A stretch of DNA of 64,000 nt, taken from assembly GCA_000002435.2 (NCBI GenBank), contig CM018791.1. One strand, 5' to 3'. The notes below the pieces were generated by a model. It saw only the letters and a program-made list of their open reading frames with translations. It was not told the origin of the DNA and ran no database searches. This DNA is from Giardia intestinalis. Taxonomy: Eukaryota. The translations under genes and the position numbers were made by a program. Positions 10,834 to 21,141 of this stretch are shown here, one piece after another; within the stretch, counting starts at the first letter, position 1; each line of letters begins with the position of its first letter.

Positions 10834-13329
10834 ATGAGCCAAGCGTCTGCATCTCCTCACTTGCAGGACCACAGACTAGCACCCGACATCGCTCTGGCCA
10901 ATGATCTGGACAAGGCCTCTCAGCTTGTTGTAGAAATAAAACGGAAGGCCTTGGACGTCGAACACCTACTCCAAGAGGATATACGAGCCTCGCAGAGCTC
11001 TTCCTACGGAGCTTCCACACATTCTGCAGACCTTACATCTTCACGATCTCCGCAGCGAAACTTCAGTCTCTCGCCATCGGCCTCACGGCCGCCGTTGTCC
11101 ATAGAGGAGAGGCAAATTTTATCAGATAAAATATATCAACTAGAGGACGATCTTAGGATTGAAAAGCTGAAAAACAAATCTCTCTGCAGTACGTACACAA
11201 CGGATGTCGCTGAACTCATGGCTCAAGTCTCGGATTTAAAGGCATCTAGTGCAGTTAATAACACTCAGGCATTTCTTCATCAAAAGCCCCATGGTCTTTC
11301 TAATAGTGTAATGAATGCAAGCATGCTTGGATTGCAAGATTTGGGTAAAAGTGTGGGTGATAGGCTGCTTCTCAGCGGCTATTTTCGTGATGATCCTCCA
11401 AATATAGCTCTTTCTGCCGATAATAGTGTCACTGGCTCATCCCTAGCCAACTCTACCACTGTGCCACCTTTGGGAACAACCCTCACGGCGAGTAGGGTTA
11501 ATCCCGGCTTTATGGGTCGCCTTGGGCCGGAGTACCCCGATGTTTATGATCACAGATATGCCACGATCAGTGCCCCCGACCATGATAGAAATTCAGCTAG
11601 GGTGGATGTACTTATTACCGATTCCACAACCTCTGTGGGGCCCCCATTTGCTATGGTCCATCCTGACTTGGATAAGTCAGTGCCTGAACCAGCAGCTGAC
11701 CCTGTTTCTCTATCAGTCCCTGCAACACCTGGCCCGAAAAGCTTCCTCTCTGTCATTTCCTTTAACCCAGCGGTCATTTCAAACCACCAGCGCATCCTGA
11801 ATATGATGGCCCGCTCCAAACTTGGAGCAATGGCACAGCTTAACGCGATTACTGCATCTATGACAGAGAGTGCTGCCCTCGCATCTACTTATACAGGCAT
11901 AGACCCAAGACTTACAATGGAAACACCTACAGGTCACGTAGAAGGACATAACTACACTCTAACTCCGCTAACGGATTTCGTGAATCGCCAGCAATCACCC
12001 ACCACGTTAGACAACCTTACTACAAGGTCTAACAACACACGCACCGAACACTATGAGCGCCAGCTACAGACACCAGGCCCACGCAGACCCAACTATCAAG
12101 TTAGAGTAGATGCCATGAGCAGCTCACTAAAGACTCCCATACTGGGGCAGGATCTTGTTAATCCAGCACTAATCCAGAACTTGGAATTTGTTCGCTTATA
12201 CCTCTCCAACACTTTTGAAAAGAACGATGCTGTCAAAAGCCTTTATAATTCAATAGTATCTATGCCAGAGTTTCAGTCTGCCGTGCAAATAATGACTGAA
12301 AGCTGTGTTGAGGAGGCACTAACTGCGACATCTTTACTTGAAGTAAAGTCTGTAGAAGCAGAGGTTCTTAAGTCGCGCATTATAGAGCTCGAAGCCACAG
12401 TGGCACAGACCCTCAAAGATCAATTAGCCAATGTCAAGGAGGTGGCACATCTAAAGTCTAGCCATTGGGAGCACGAAGGGAGAGGAAATAACGCAGCGAA
12501 TCCACTGGAGTCTAGCGTTACAACGGTGAGCCAGCTTGAGCACAAAGCACCACTGGTTAGTGATGCGGATAAAGTTATTGCAAGCTACGAATCAACAATT
12601 GATAATCTGACCCAGATGGTAAATTATAGTGCAGCGGAAGCACTGAGGATCTCTGTCGATGAGACCGAGCAGCGACGCGAAAAGGAAGCGTACAAGGCAA
12701 AGTTGGAGGCTCTCACCTCCAGCTTTGAAAAGATAACAAAGTCAAACTATGAGCTCCAGCAGCAACTAGATACACTCACTGTTCGATCAAAGGTCATAGA
12801 GGATGATAAAAAGCGCATAAGAATCAGCCAGTTACATGACGAAATCCAGACATATAGAGCAGAGAATAGAGAGCTCAAAGCACAGTTGGACAGAATAAAG
12901 GAGGCTGCAAAAGCATATCAGGGTGCGACCTCAGACGATATTCCCGTTGACCTGATGATTCAAACGCTTGTTGACTGCATTGCTACAAAGTCAGCCGACT
13001 TACGACAAGTGGAGCAGGACAATAAGAAACTTAGAGAAGAAAATGCTAAACTTGTTACTGAGATGGATTCCTTGCGCGCACAGATGCAAGAGTTAAGAAA
13101 TCAGCAAGACGGTGCTGCGAAGAGCTTTAATGATATGCGCCTGCTGTACATCGAAGAAAACAAGATACTAAAAGAGGAAAACACGCTCCTAGAAAAAGAG
13201 AAGAGGCTGAGCGAATACAAGAATGGTCTTCTCCAAAAGAAGCTGAAGACTCTAAGCGACCTCAGTGAGTGTGAATACACCCACGGAAACATGGTTGAAA
13301 CCAGCCCCCTGCAAAGCGGTCTTCAGTAA
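10834..13329 (+). CDS. Coiled-coil protein (831 aa) of unknown function.
   Basis: Long ORF. The C-terminal ~300 aa show strong heptad/charged periodicity (LREENAKLVTEMDSLRAQMQELRNQQ...). The N-terminal half is S/T-rich. Confidence 0.6.
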   Translation: MSQASASPHLQDHRLAPDIALANDLDKASQLVVEIKRKALDVEHLLQEDIRASQSSSYGASTHSADLTSSRSPQRNFSLSPSASRPPLSIEERQILSDKIYQLEDDLRIEKLKNKSLCSTYTTDVAELMAQVSDLKASSAVNNTQAFLHQKPHGLSNSVMNASMLGLQDLGKSVGDRLLLSGYFRDDPPNIALSADNSVTGSSLANSTTVPPLGTTLTASRVNPGFMGRLGPEYPDVYDHRYATISAPDHDRNSARVDVLITDSTTSVGPPFAMVHPDLDKSVPEPAADPVSLSVPATPGPKSFLSVISFNPAVISNHQRILNMMARSKLGAMAQLNAITASMTESAALASTYTGIDPRLTMETPTGHVEGHNYTLTPLTDFVNRQQSPTTLDNLTTRSNNTRTEHYERQLQTPGPRRPNYQVRVDAMSSSLKTPILGQDLVNPALIQNLEFVRLYLSNTFEKNDAVKSLYNSIVSMPEFQSAVQIMTESCVEEALTATSLLEVKSVEAEVLKSRIIELEATVAQTLKDQLANVKEVAHLKSSHWEHEGRGNNAANPLESSVTTVSQLEHKAPLVSDADKVIASYESTIDNLTQMVNYSAAEALRISVDETEQRREKEAYKAKLEALTSSFEKITKSNYELQQQLDTLTVRSKVIEDDKKRIRISQLHDEIQTYRAENRELKAQLDRIKEAAKAYQGATSDDIPVDLMIQTLVDCIATKSADLRQVEQDNKKLREENAKLVTEMDSLRAQMQELRNQQDGAAKSFNDMRLLYIEENKILKEENTLLEKEKRLSEYKNGLLQKKLKTLSDLSECEYTHGNMVETSPLQSGLQ

Positions 13330-13670
13330 ATCAATCTTTGCGCCCTGCAGGTGTATACTTTAATTGTTTAATATATTTGTATAAACAATCGATAAAAGAA
13401 AAAGTCAATCAGAGCAGGTATTTGTTTTGCCTAGAATCTTTCTATGGATGGAGTGGATAGGAACAATAGGCAATAGTAAACCTGTAAAGACATAGAGTTA
13501 TATGAGTGTAGAAAAAGGTAGAACTAAAATGACCTACAGGCTTGGGTAAGATACCGATGTAGTATGCTTGCAACGCTTAGCCTCTACTGCGAAAGTGCCA
13601 ACACGATAGACTTGTCTATAAAGTCAAATGTGAAAAGCATTTAAAGCTTACCATAAGGACCTAGTAATAA

Positions 13671-16592
13671 ATGGGGCGCCAGGCTAAGAGTAAGCGAGGC
13701 TCACGCGTAAACAAAGCAAGGAGCCCGAAGAGTTTATCTGGGACACATCCTAGAGCTATAGATATGCCCAGCACGTCTGTGGCTCCATCCAGTTTATCCC
13801 CCTATTCACATCCGCTAATACCCCTCCCACTTCTGGCATGTCGCTTAGTGATCACGGGGCTACTCTTGCACCGTGGTTTTGCCCGCTATAACTCAACTCC
13901 CCGCTCAAATATCTGTCTGTTGTTAGGTGTAATTCACACGCTTTTTGTAACTTTAGATATAACTATGAGTCTGATGGTCTGTATGCACCATGGCTTTAGG
14001 ATCAGTTTTATAACTAGCCCCTTGGCGACTAGCTGGGGCTTAGGTGCAGTATCTGCCAGAAAAAAGTCCGGGTGTTGGAGACGCACTACCACTTGCTACT
14101 ACATTCTGCAGGACTTGCTCTTCATTACTTTTGTTCTTAGTAGAGATAAGCACTTGCCCCTCGGTACTATATTTTTTTCTTGCATGTCAATCCTTATTCT
14201 ATTATTGGATTGCTTTTTCCTTCGTAACTCTCCAGGCAAAGATGGAGACCAATTAGTCAGTGAAGCAAACATTAAGATAATTAACCCATGCAACCCACAT
14301 GACCTATGCGACACCTCGGCTAAACCATTGTCCGAGCCTATATACTCAGAGTTTGATGGTGTGGTCACCAATGAGTTGACACGCCAGGAGTTAACTTCCA
14401 TTCCCTTACTCAGCTCTCCTAAAGATGATCTGATACCTGAGTGTACCCAAGTGGTGACAGTGTCCCCCGACACGGATGTCTCGGTTGCTGTCCCTCAACT
14501 TACTTCTGATTCTGGCAGCGGTACTATGGATGGAATGGGAGCTACATCGTTTTCTTGTGAGAAGAATAACTCCTCCCAGAATGTGGTAAAGGACATAAAA
14601 GACAAGAGCGCTAACTCAAGTGTCCCATCTACTTTACCTATCAGTGTTTCTACCAAGGCTTCATCAACTCGACTTACTGACTCTACACTAGGGAACTCTA
14701 AGTTAAATAAGCCGCTCGTTAGTCAGCACTCATCATCTACAAATACACAGGCATCTAACATCACAAAGAAATCCCATGTAATTACCATCAATTCCAAGAG
14801 CCATGTAGAGGTCCACAAACCGATTACTTCTAACGCAAAACCGACATCACAAACTGAGCCAGATTCACAACCACCAGTTTCAGTCAGTTGTCTAAGCCTT
14901 TCCGCCTGTAAAAGCTCGTCAAATGGAACCCGTAAGCGGCAACAAAGATCAGCAGTACCTCAGTCCTCTTTGGTTCGGTCCTCGCATAGCAGATCTCTCG
15001 ATGAATACGCTCCAAGAAGGCGTAAGCATTTTGACAAGAAGATTATCCCTGACAATATAAATACTACAATAAGCATCTCATCAGACAGTATCCCACGCTC
15101 AGGAACTGGTGGAGTAGCTGGTGAGAGCAACCAAAGGACGCTACTTATAACCGCTCCCATGTCTGAAGGCACTAATGAAGGGGGCCACACCAGTAAAGCA
15201 CCCAAGTTGGATAGTATAGATCCCGATCTGGAGATAGATAGTAGTGCCAACGATTTGCTTGATTTTAACGATCTTGCTGACCTTCATCAATATGGTCAAG
15301 ATAACGTAAAGTGCATTGGAGCTGCAGCTACTTGTGACATCACTCCCGACATCGATCGCTCTAATGTGATTAAAAACATAACCTCTTCTCTCTTTGCCTT
15401 TACAAGCGCCCCAACAAAAGATATAGTGAAGCTCCCCCATACGCCATCGCAGACTACCTTCAAACAAGCCGTTTTGCCAATTTCAGAAAAGCAATCAGTC
15501 ACTCTTTCCGAGAGCGATATGTTAATTCTAGCTGCCAAGAACAGCGATACTGTTGCTATAGAAATGTATAAAGGATTCACAGGGGAATATGACTCATCAG
15601 GCATGTTTGCACTTGCTTACTGTGTACTAGCGAACAATGTTGTAGGTGTTAAAGCTCTATTGGTAGAGTCAAAGATGCGCACGATCAAGTCCATGAGATT
15701 TAACGAAGTGGACTACGTTGACATGGACGCTCTTATGCTATCTGTGCTCTCAAATGCTGATAAAGAAATTATTGAGATCCTGGTACCCATAAGCGACGTA
15801 GCCATAGAAGGATACTCCTCTATGACTGCTCTAATGTTGGCAGCAGCTAGTGGGAACACTATTGCTGTAGGACTCCTTATAGATTCCCAAAGGGACCGAA
15901 AGACGAAGGATGGACGGACAGCTCTCATGATTGCGGCTGAGACTGGCCAGGACAAATGTGTGGAGATGCTGCTGGAGAAGACGTCGGAAGTTTGCTCACA
16001 GAACACGATGGGCTGGACGGCACTTTGCTTTGCTGCGGACAATGGGCACACGGCTTGTGTGCGTCTTTTGGCCCCGAAGGAATCGATGATGGTGATTATC
16101 TTTGCATACGATAGATACTCTGCCTCTGGATTTGTAATGAACTTTATGTCTGGCACAAGCTTGATGCTAGCCGCCTGGTACGGGTCCGCTGAGTGCGTTA
16201 GTATATTAAAGGATTCAGAGGCGCAGATAAAGACCCATAAATATGAGAACACTGCCCTCATCTTTGCTGCAACCGCAGGCCACGCTGACTGTGTCAAGTT
16301 ACTGATAGATGTAGAGGCAAAAATGCAGGATAGCTCTGGAAGAACGGCTCTGATGAAGGCTGTGACGGAAGACAATGTTTCTTGTGTCGAACTGCTAGCG
16401 CCAGTGGAGAATGGGATGGTAGACGAGCGTGGAACCCCTGCTATCGTGTTTGCAGCAAGAAAGAACCATCTAGACTGCGTGTCGCTTCTTGCCCCTTACG
16501 AAGCGGATGCGTTCCACCACCTAGTATTGAACCGTAACTGGTGTTCTCCAGAGGTCGAGCACATTATTAAAAAGAATTTGCACAGGCAGTGA
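13671..16592 (+). CDS. Ankyrin-repeat protein (21.1-like) with a hydrophobic and Ser-rich N-terminal region. The start codon is uncertain.
   Basis: The C-terminal ~400 aa are clear ankyrin repeats (TALMLAAASGN..., TALMIAAETGQDKCVEMLL...). The N-terminal 230 aa are odd in composition and may be 5' UTR or an alternative start. Confidence 0.65.
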   Translation: MGRQAKSKRGSRVNKARSPKSLSGTHPRAIDMPSTSVAPSSLSPYSHPLIPLPLLACRLVITGLLLHRGFARYNSTPRSNICLLLGVIHTLFVTLDITMSLMVCMHHGFRISFITSPLATSWGLGAVSARKKSGCWRRTTTCYYILQDLLFITFVLSRDKHLPLGTIFFSCMSILILLLDCFFLRNSPGKDGDQLVSEANIKIINPCNPHDLCDTSAKPLSEPIYSEFDGVVTNELTRQELTSIPLLSSPKDDLIPECTQVVTVSPDTDVSVAVPQLTSDSGSGTMDGMGATSFSCEKNNSSQNVVKDIKDKSANSSVPSTLPISVSTKASSTRLTDSTLGNSKLNKPLVSQHSSSTNTQASNITKKSHVITINSKSHVEVHKPITSNAKPTSQTEPDSQPPVSVSCLSLSACKSSSNGTRKRQQRSAVPQSSLVRSSHSRSLDEYAPRRRKHFDKKIIPDNINTTISISSDSIPRSGTGGVAGESNQRTLLITAPMSEGTNEGGHTSKAPKLDSIDPDLEIDSSANDLLDFNDLADLHQYGQDNVKCIGAAATCDITPDIDRSNVIKNITSSLFAFTSAPTKDIVKLPHTPSQTTFKQAVLPISEKQSVTLSESDMLILAAKNSDTVAIEMYKGFTGEYDSSGMFALAYCVLANNVVGVKALLVESKMRTIKSMRFNEVDYVDMDALMLSVLSNADKEIIEILVPISDVAIEGYSSMTALMLAAASGNTIAVGLLIDSQRDRKTKDGRTALMIAAETGQDKCVEMLLEKTSEVCSQNTMGWTALCFAADNGHTACVRLLAPKESMMVIIFAYDRYSASGFVMNFMSGTSLMLAAWYGSAECVSILKDSEAQIKTHKYENTALIFAATAGHADCVKLLIDVEAKMQDSSGRTALMKAVTEDNVSCVELLAPVENGMVDERGTPAIVFAARKNHLDCVSLLAPYEADAFHHLVLNRNWCSPEVEHIIKKNLHRQ

Positions 16593-16615
16593 CGCTTGTT
16601 GTAAACACGCTTGTG

Positions 16616-17779
16616 ATGATTGCGCCACGCCTGTCTATGCCAGCTATAGTGAACGCTCAGTCTCTCGTTGCTAAGCTTCGTCAGCTGAACTGTGAGAAGA
16701 ACTACTGTCATCCCAACAACCTTCCTGGCTTTACTGCGTCGGCATTCTACAAGGAGTCGTCCAGCCCGCTTGACCAGCTAGTGCAGACCGCGCGTCTCTG
16801 TCACTGGCTTCTTTCCCAGCTTGGTATTTCTGTCCAGGGGGTCAGCGAATTTGACGACCCCATTGCCATTTCCACTGACCTATTGGTTGCTTGCAAAGAT
16901 ATAGTTAACGTAGCGAACATTCCACCTCACCGCATAAGAATGGGGTACGGAGACGACCTTACAGCTCTGGTTTTGGGGATTGCCGATGCATGTCTAGCCA
17001 AATTGCAGCCAAACATTGTTTCTTGGAAATCACTAGGCTCAGAAAACGCTAATGCCGGGGTAGAACGAGATAATGACGACGATGACGCCCCCATCTTGGA
17101 CGATCTCATTGTGGACGATGCACTCATAGGCACCATGACTGCTAAAAAAGGAACATTTACAACCGCAGCTGGATTGGCAACTGGTTCCCTGACAACTGAT
17201 TCTGGCTGTATTGCCCCAGGGCTTATATCCGAAGCAGACTGGGAACAGGAGCTCATGGCTGTGGACAGTCAGCTGGGAGGCAAGCAGCTGGGAGGGGTCT
17301 ATGCTGGACAGGATTGGCGCAAGGATGTTGTTTCCATGTCACTCCTTGCTAAGGCCCTGTCAAAGGAGACAGGGTCGTGCGCTCAATCCATCAGTGGCCT
17401 TGTGACAGACTTTGGCAAGCAACTAGAGCGTATTTCCACGCGTGAGCAGCATCTTAATAGCCAGGTAGGCCAGTATAGCGCAAAGCTGGGAGACGCTAAT
17501 AGAACTCATGCTGGAGTAACGGAAGAACTTGCTGAACTTTCTCAATCGATTTCAGCCTTAACTGGGGAGCTATCTACAATAAACGAGAAACTCCGAGCCC
17601 TCAAGGTTGAGCTACAAGTGGAATCAGCCCGTGCCTCTGACACAAGCAACATCCACATTGTGAAGACAGCATTTTCATCCCTTTCTGGAGAGATTAGGCA
17701 GCTGGATCTGCGCATCACATTGGCGCAACAACGCCTGTTCTCTATTGCTCCACCAGAGCCCAACACTGTCAGGATATGA
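16616..17779 (+). CDS. IFT57: Intraflagellar transport protein 57 (IFT57/HIPPI).
   Basis: SLVAKLRQLNCEKNYC..NNL ... FDDPIAISTDLL ... PPHRIRMGYGDDLTALVLGIADACL parallels IFT57's KLKLLRYEEEF..SNL, EYDDPNATISNIL and PPSKLKSGYGEHVCYVLD. The C-terminus is coiled-coil. The first ATG is at 16616; the ORF track's GTG is at 16589. Confidence 0.8.
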   Translation: MIAPRLSMPAIVNAQSLVAKLRQLNCEKNYCHPNNLPGFTASAFYKESSSPLDQLVQTARLCHWLLSQLGISVQGVSEFDDPIAISTDLLVACKDIVNVANIPPHRIRMGYGDDLTALVLGIADACLAKLQPNIVSWKSLGSENANAGVERDNDDDDAPILDDLIVDDALIGTMTAKKGTFTTAAGLATGSLTTDSGCIAPGLISEADWEQELMAVDSQLGGKQLGGVYAGQDWRKDVVSMSLLAKALSKETGSCAQSISGLVTDFGKQLERISTREQHLNSQVGQYSAKLGDANRTHAGVTEELAELSQSISALTGELSTINEKLRALKVELQVESARASDTSNIHIVKTAFSSLSGEIRQLDLRITLAQQRLFSIAPPEPNTVRI

Positions 17780-17782
17780 GAA

Positions 17783-19768
17783 CTAGTACTCAGTAGCTAT
17801 GTCAGAGCCCGTGTCGCTTGTTAGAGTCGCTTTTCCCGTACTGCTAGTCGCACTAGACTCTTGCGATCGCACGTTCTTAGTTTCATGAATAGCGGACTTG
17901 CGTTTTGGAATGTTGGACAAGCTTCTATCAGAAAGCGCCATTATCTTAGGTGGATGGCGTCTTCTTATGCTCGTTTCACTCCGTCCCACCTCTCTTTCAC
18001 TCGATGTACATTTGCCCCCTTTATTATTCGTATTACTTGCTCTTCTATTGCCAGAAGAGCTACTCTTGCTGCTAGACCCATTAGTCTGTGCAATGCAACT
18101 GTGTATGAAACCGCAAGCTGGTTGATATACAGCGATAGCCGGGTCATTCAAGATCTTTAGCAATGTTCTTCCTTCGTCTTCTTGTGCGCTCTTTTCTATC
18201 TCCAATCCACATGGCTTCCACCGCTGCATCACCTGAGTGAACATGTTCAGTCTTGTCACAACTGGCTGATCCGCTTTCAACCCATTCCACCGGAGCTCTG
18301 TCGAAGGGACCTTGGCATCGGGTCTGCCAGTAAACAAAAGATCCGTGGAAGGTCGTTTTCCGGACCTTGCCTCCGAGTATGCTTTCCACAGCTTATCACG
18401 GTACGCCCTGGGCGGCGGAAAGAGCTTATCAATCGTCAGGTCCATGAGGTCATCCAGCATCTTGGGAAGAAGCTCCCATGAGACAACAGATGACAGGGCT
18501 AAGCAAGGGTTGCTATTAATCTCTATGAGAATAGGGCGATATCCATTACTCTTGCAATCTATCATGAAGTCAAAGCCAAACAACTCGAAGCATCCGTCGC
18601 ATGCATGTGCACCCAGCACAGCTTTGCCAAACGCAACAAGAACCGCGGCCATAATACGCTTCATGACTGGCCATATGAAGCTTGTGAAGTGTGTTTTGGA
18701 AAGGCTATCATCGGAAACACTCATCTGCACGTCGAGGTCTCTGAAGTGCAGCATATTACCATCCTCAAACTGATTGTAACCGTGGATGTTTTTCTGCACT
18801 GCGTTGTTCGTTAAGTGTACTGTTGTATCAGTTGTGTCCAGAGAATATTTGGCAGAAGTAAGGCGTAAGTAGCCATATTCATAGATATATGCATTCCCAT
18901 CCGAGGTGATTAACGCATATGTGCGTATGTCAAATTTCCGCCCGTTAATAAGGAACGGCTCCTCTACATACTTCTGAACAATGAAAGACATAGACGTGGT
19001 GATATTGGTAATTTTGTCAAGAGTAGGAACATCATCTGACTGCTGTTCGAGATTCTCTGCCTTGTTAGCTTTGGTTTTCTGCTCTTCCCTTGCACGCTCT
19101 TGGCATCCCTTCATGTGCTCTATGGCATCTTCCGGATTGGTGACAACTTTTATTCCTCTACCCCTGTTAAGACCGATTGGTTTCACAATCCAAAGGTTTC
19201 TCATGTTAGTTTGGTAAGGGGTCGAAGATAACTCAACGTTGATTGATGACTTAGATCGTACTGCTTGCTCTTCTGCACAGGCAGATTCCACGACCAAATC
19301 TTTGTCGGCTTTCTTAGCTGGCTCTCCTGCTCCCACATTCTCTGTGCATTGGGAGGCCTTATACCGGTCAATGACAGAAGCAAGTGCTGCAAAATGACGT
19401 CTAAATTTGTCTCTCTCGTGGGGCACAGTAAGAATATATGTCACAGGTAAGAAGTCTAGTGCTGGCTTACCAAGTTTGCGTAGAAGAATTTGGTATAGCG
19501 ACACCTTAGAATGCAGAGTGCCATTGCCTGGCAGATGATTAAAAACGGTCCTCCGCATAGTGGAGCACATACTAGCAAATCGCATAGGCGCTGGAGTTAA
19601 CTGCTGCCACCTCAAGTTGAAGTCATTCTCATCGTCTGTCGAAGTCCACCATGGGCGAGACTTTAGGACCTGCTCCACGAGTGCTGCATTGTTCCCGGGT
19701 CCAAAGGAGTATTTACAAACAATATAGCTGTGTTTGATGCCGTCTAATGCTGTAATATCATTATTCAT
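17783..19768 (-). CDS. Tubulin-tyrosine-ligase-like protein (TTLL).
   Basis: TTL-family motifs FNLRWQQ, WIVKP...NRGRGI, FIVQKYVEEPFLINGRKFDIRTY, HLTNNAVQK and GCFELFGFDFMID...ILIEINSNPCL. The start is the first ATG at 19768; the ORF track's upstream extension overlaps the next gene. Confidence 0.8.
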   Translation of the reverse strand: MNNDITALDGIKHSYIVCKYSFGPGNNAALVEQVLKSRPWWTSTDDENDFNLRWQQLTPAPMRFASMCSTMRRTVFNHLPGNGTLHSKVSLYQILLRKLGKPALDFLPVTYILTVPHERDKFRRHFAALASVIDRYKASQCTENVGAGEPAKKADKDLVVESACAEEQAVRSKSSINVELSSTPYQTNMRNLWIVKPIGLNRGRGIKVVTNPEDAIEHMKGCQERAREEQKTKANKAENLEQQSDDVPTLDKITNITTSMSFIVQKYVEEPFLINGRKFDIRTYALITSDGNAYIYEYGYLRLTSAKYSLDTTDTTVHLTNNAVQKNIHGYNQFEDGNMLHFRDLDVQMSVSDDSLSKTHFTSFIWPVMKRIMAAVLVAFGKAVLGAHACDGCFELFGFDFMIDCKSNGYRPILIEINSNPCLALSSVVSWELLPKMLDDLMDLTIDKLFPPPRAYRDKLWKAYSEARSGKRPSTDLLFTGRPDAKVPSTELRWNGLKADQPVVTRLNMFTQVMQRWKPCGLEIEKSAQEDEGRTLLKILNDPAIAVYQPACGFIHSCIAQTNGSSSKSSSSGNRRASNTNNKGGKCTSSEREVGRSETSIRRRHPPKIMALSDRSLSNIPKRKSAIHETKNVRSQESSATSSTGKATLTSDTGSDIATEY

Positions 19769-21119
19769 TAAGATTTTTATTTTCAGCCTTAGATTGTTGG
19801 TTTTTATGATTCCTATCTTGCACTGCTCGGACTCCCATGCGGTAAAGATGAAGCGTAGTGCTATCACTAGACACTAACACCAGTCCCTGATTTTCTAGTT
19901 CCAAAACGTTTGGCTTGAGATATACGGCCCGAGCGTTTCGGCCGATTTTGTGAGGTCTTTTGTAAATGTAACTTAAACGTTGTCTATAGTCCTTTTGGCT
20001 CACCACACTCAAGGGAAGAGCGTCCTCATTAGCACCAGCAGATCCCTTTGACTGTCCACGACCAATAGTTAGTAGACATGGCGTGCTCTTTGGTGACTCG
20101 GATCGATTTGGAAGCAGATTGCAGGCTAAGATATCACATATAGTCGACACTGAGAACTCATCTGCACACTCTATAACACGAAAGGTATCATCTAAGGCTA
20201 TCCGGAACAACCCCTTACTTGTGAGGATTGCCCATTCACACGAAGTAGAGTGTATTTTAGCTTGTATCTCCAGGTAGCTAGCAGCGTCTAAGGCTGTATT
20301 CAAAAGTACTAGACTCTCTGCACAAGACGGCAGCATATTGGCACTAGTCACCGGGCGACAATTGTATCTAAGGTCCCACAGAGACAGGAACGTGCCACTG
20401 GCCGACACAAAGTAGCTAGGATTGGGGGTGAATCGAGCCAGTGCAACAGGGAAGGTAGACCCGGCGTTTTCGCAAGAGTATAGACAGAGGGGTCTCTGGG
20501 CTTTCTGTGACCACATGTGCACTTGGCCGCTTCTGTTTGCACTGATGAAAATGTCATTCTGGGGCTCATATGAAATGGAAGTAATTCCAGTAGCACTGCC
20601 TACGAAGGTTTGCACAGTCATAGCTCTTTCATATAAGTTCAGCTTGATTAGATGATCATCAGAGCCACTAAGGAAATGTGTTGGCCGATCTGTACTTTGT
20701 GTTCCCTGTGCACGAAACGAATGCAGAACGGAAATCCTGTTGCTGTGTAGTTGGTGAAAGATAGAAGCCTTCTGTAGGTCGGTGTTAAATTCTATTACAG
20801 AGTGTGACGCTGTCCCCACTAAGAATCTATTCGAGTTGACCTGCTCTAAAGTGGCTATCGGCTCCACCAAAGTGAACTCCCGTATCCGCTTCAGTAATAA
20901 ATCCGTGTGGACTCGAATGGGAGCTTGGCTTGCAAATTGATAGCTCGCAGCAGTATAGCTTTGTGGCTTCAACGCAAGCAAGCCATGCTCAGAGCTTACA
21001 ACGAATCTTGGGAACTTTGCAGATGAAGGCGTTGGACCTATCCCAAAGTCATCAATGTCAACTTCGGGACAATAGAATCTAGCTAGCTGTGTGTAAATAT
21101 CTCTTTCGTTGGACCCCAT
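19761..21119 (-). CDS. WD40-like repeat protein (452 aa).
   Basis: WD-like units (LSGSDDHLIKLNL, FISANRSGQVHMWS, LSLWDLR). Its stop codon lies inside codon 2 of the TTLL gene. Confidence 0.55.
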   Translation of the reverse strand: MGSNERDIYTQLARFYCPEVDIDDFGIGPTPSSAKFPRFVVSSEHGLLALKPQSYTAASYQFASQAPIRVHTDLLLKRIREFTLVEPIATLEQVNSNRFLVGTASHSVIEFNTDLQKASIFHQLHSNRISVLHSFRAQGTQSTDRPTHFLSGSDDHLIKLNLYERAMTVQTFVGSATGITSISYEPQNDIFISANRSGQVHMWSQKAQRPLCLYSCENAGSTFPVALARFTPNPSYFVSASGTFLSLWDLRYNCRPVTSANMLPSCAESLVLLNTALDAASYLEIQAKIHSTSCEWAILTSKGLFRIALDDTFRVIECADEFSVSTICDILACNLLPNRSESPKSTPCLLTIGRGQSKGSAGANEDALPLSVVSQKDYRQRLSYIYKRPHKIGRNARAVYLKPNVLELENQGLVLVSSDSTTLHLYRMGVRAVQDRNHKNQQSKAENKNLNE

Positions 21120-21141
21120 AAGTTATCTTTCGGGACGTGTG

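Noticed and set aside
13671-14400. The N-terminal ~240 codons of the 973-aa ankyrin ORF as a separate multi-TM protein.
   Set aside because: Hydrophobic stretches are present, but there is no independent stop or start structure. I retained it as a single ORF with an uncertain start rather than inventing a second gene.
16589-16615. Four-base overlap (16589-16592) between the ankyrin gene stop and the track's start for IFT57.
   Set aside because: The track start there is a GTG. The first ATG, at 16616, gives an N-terminus matching IFT57 orthologues, so I treat the overlap as an ORF-finder artefact.
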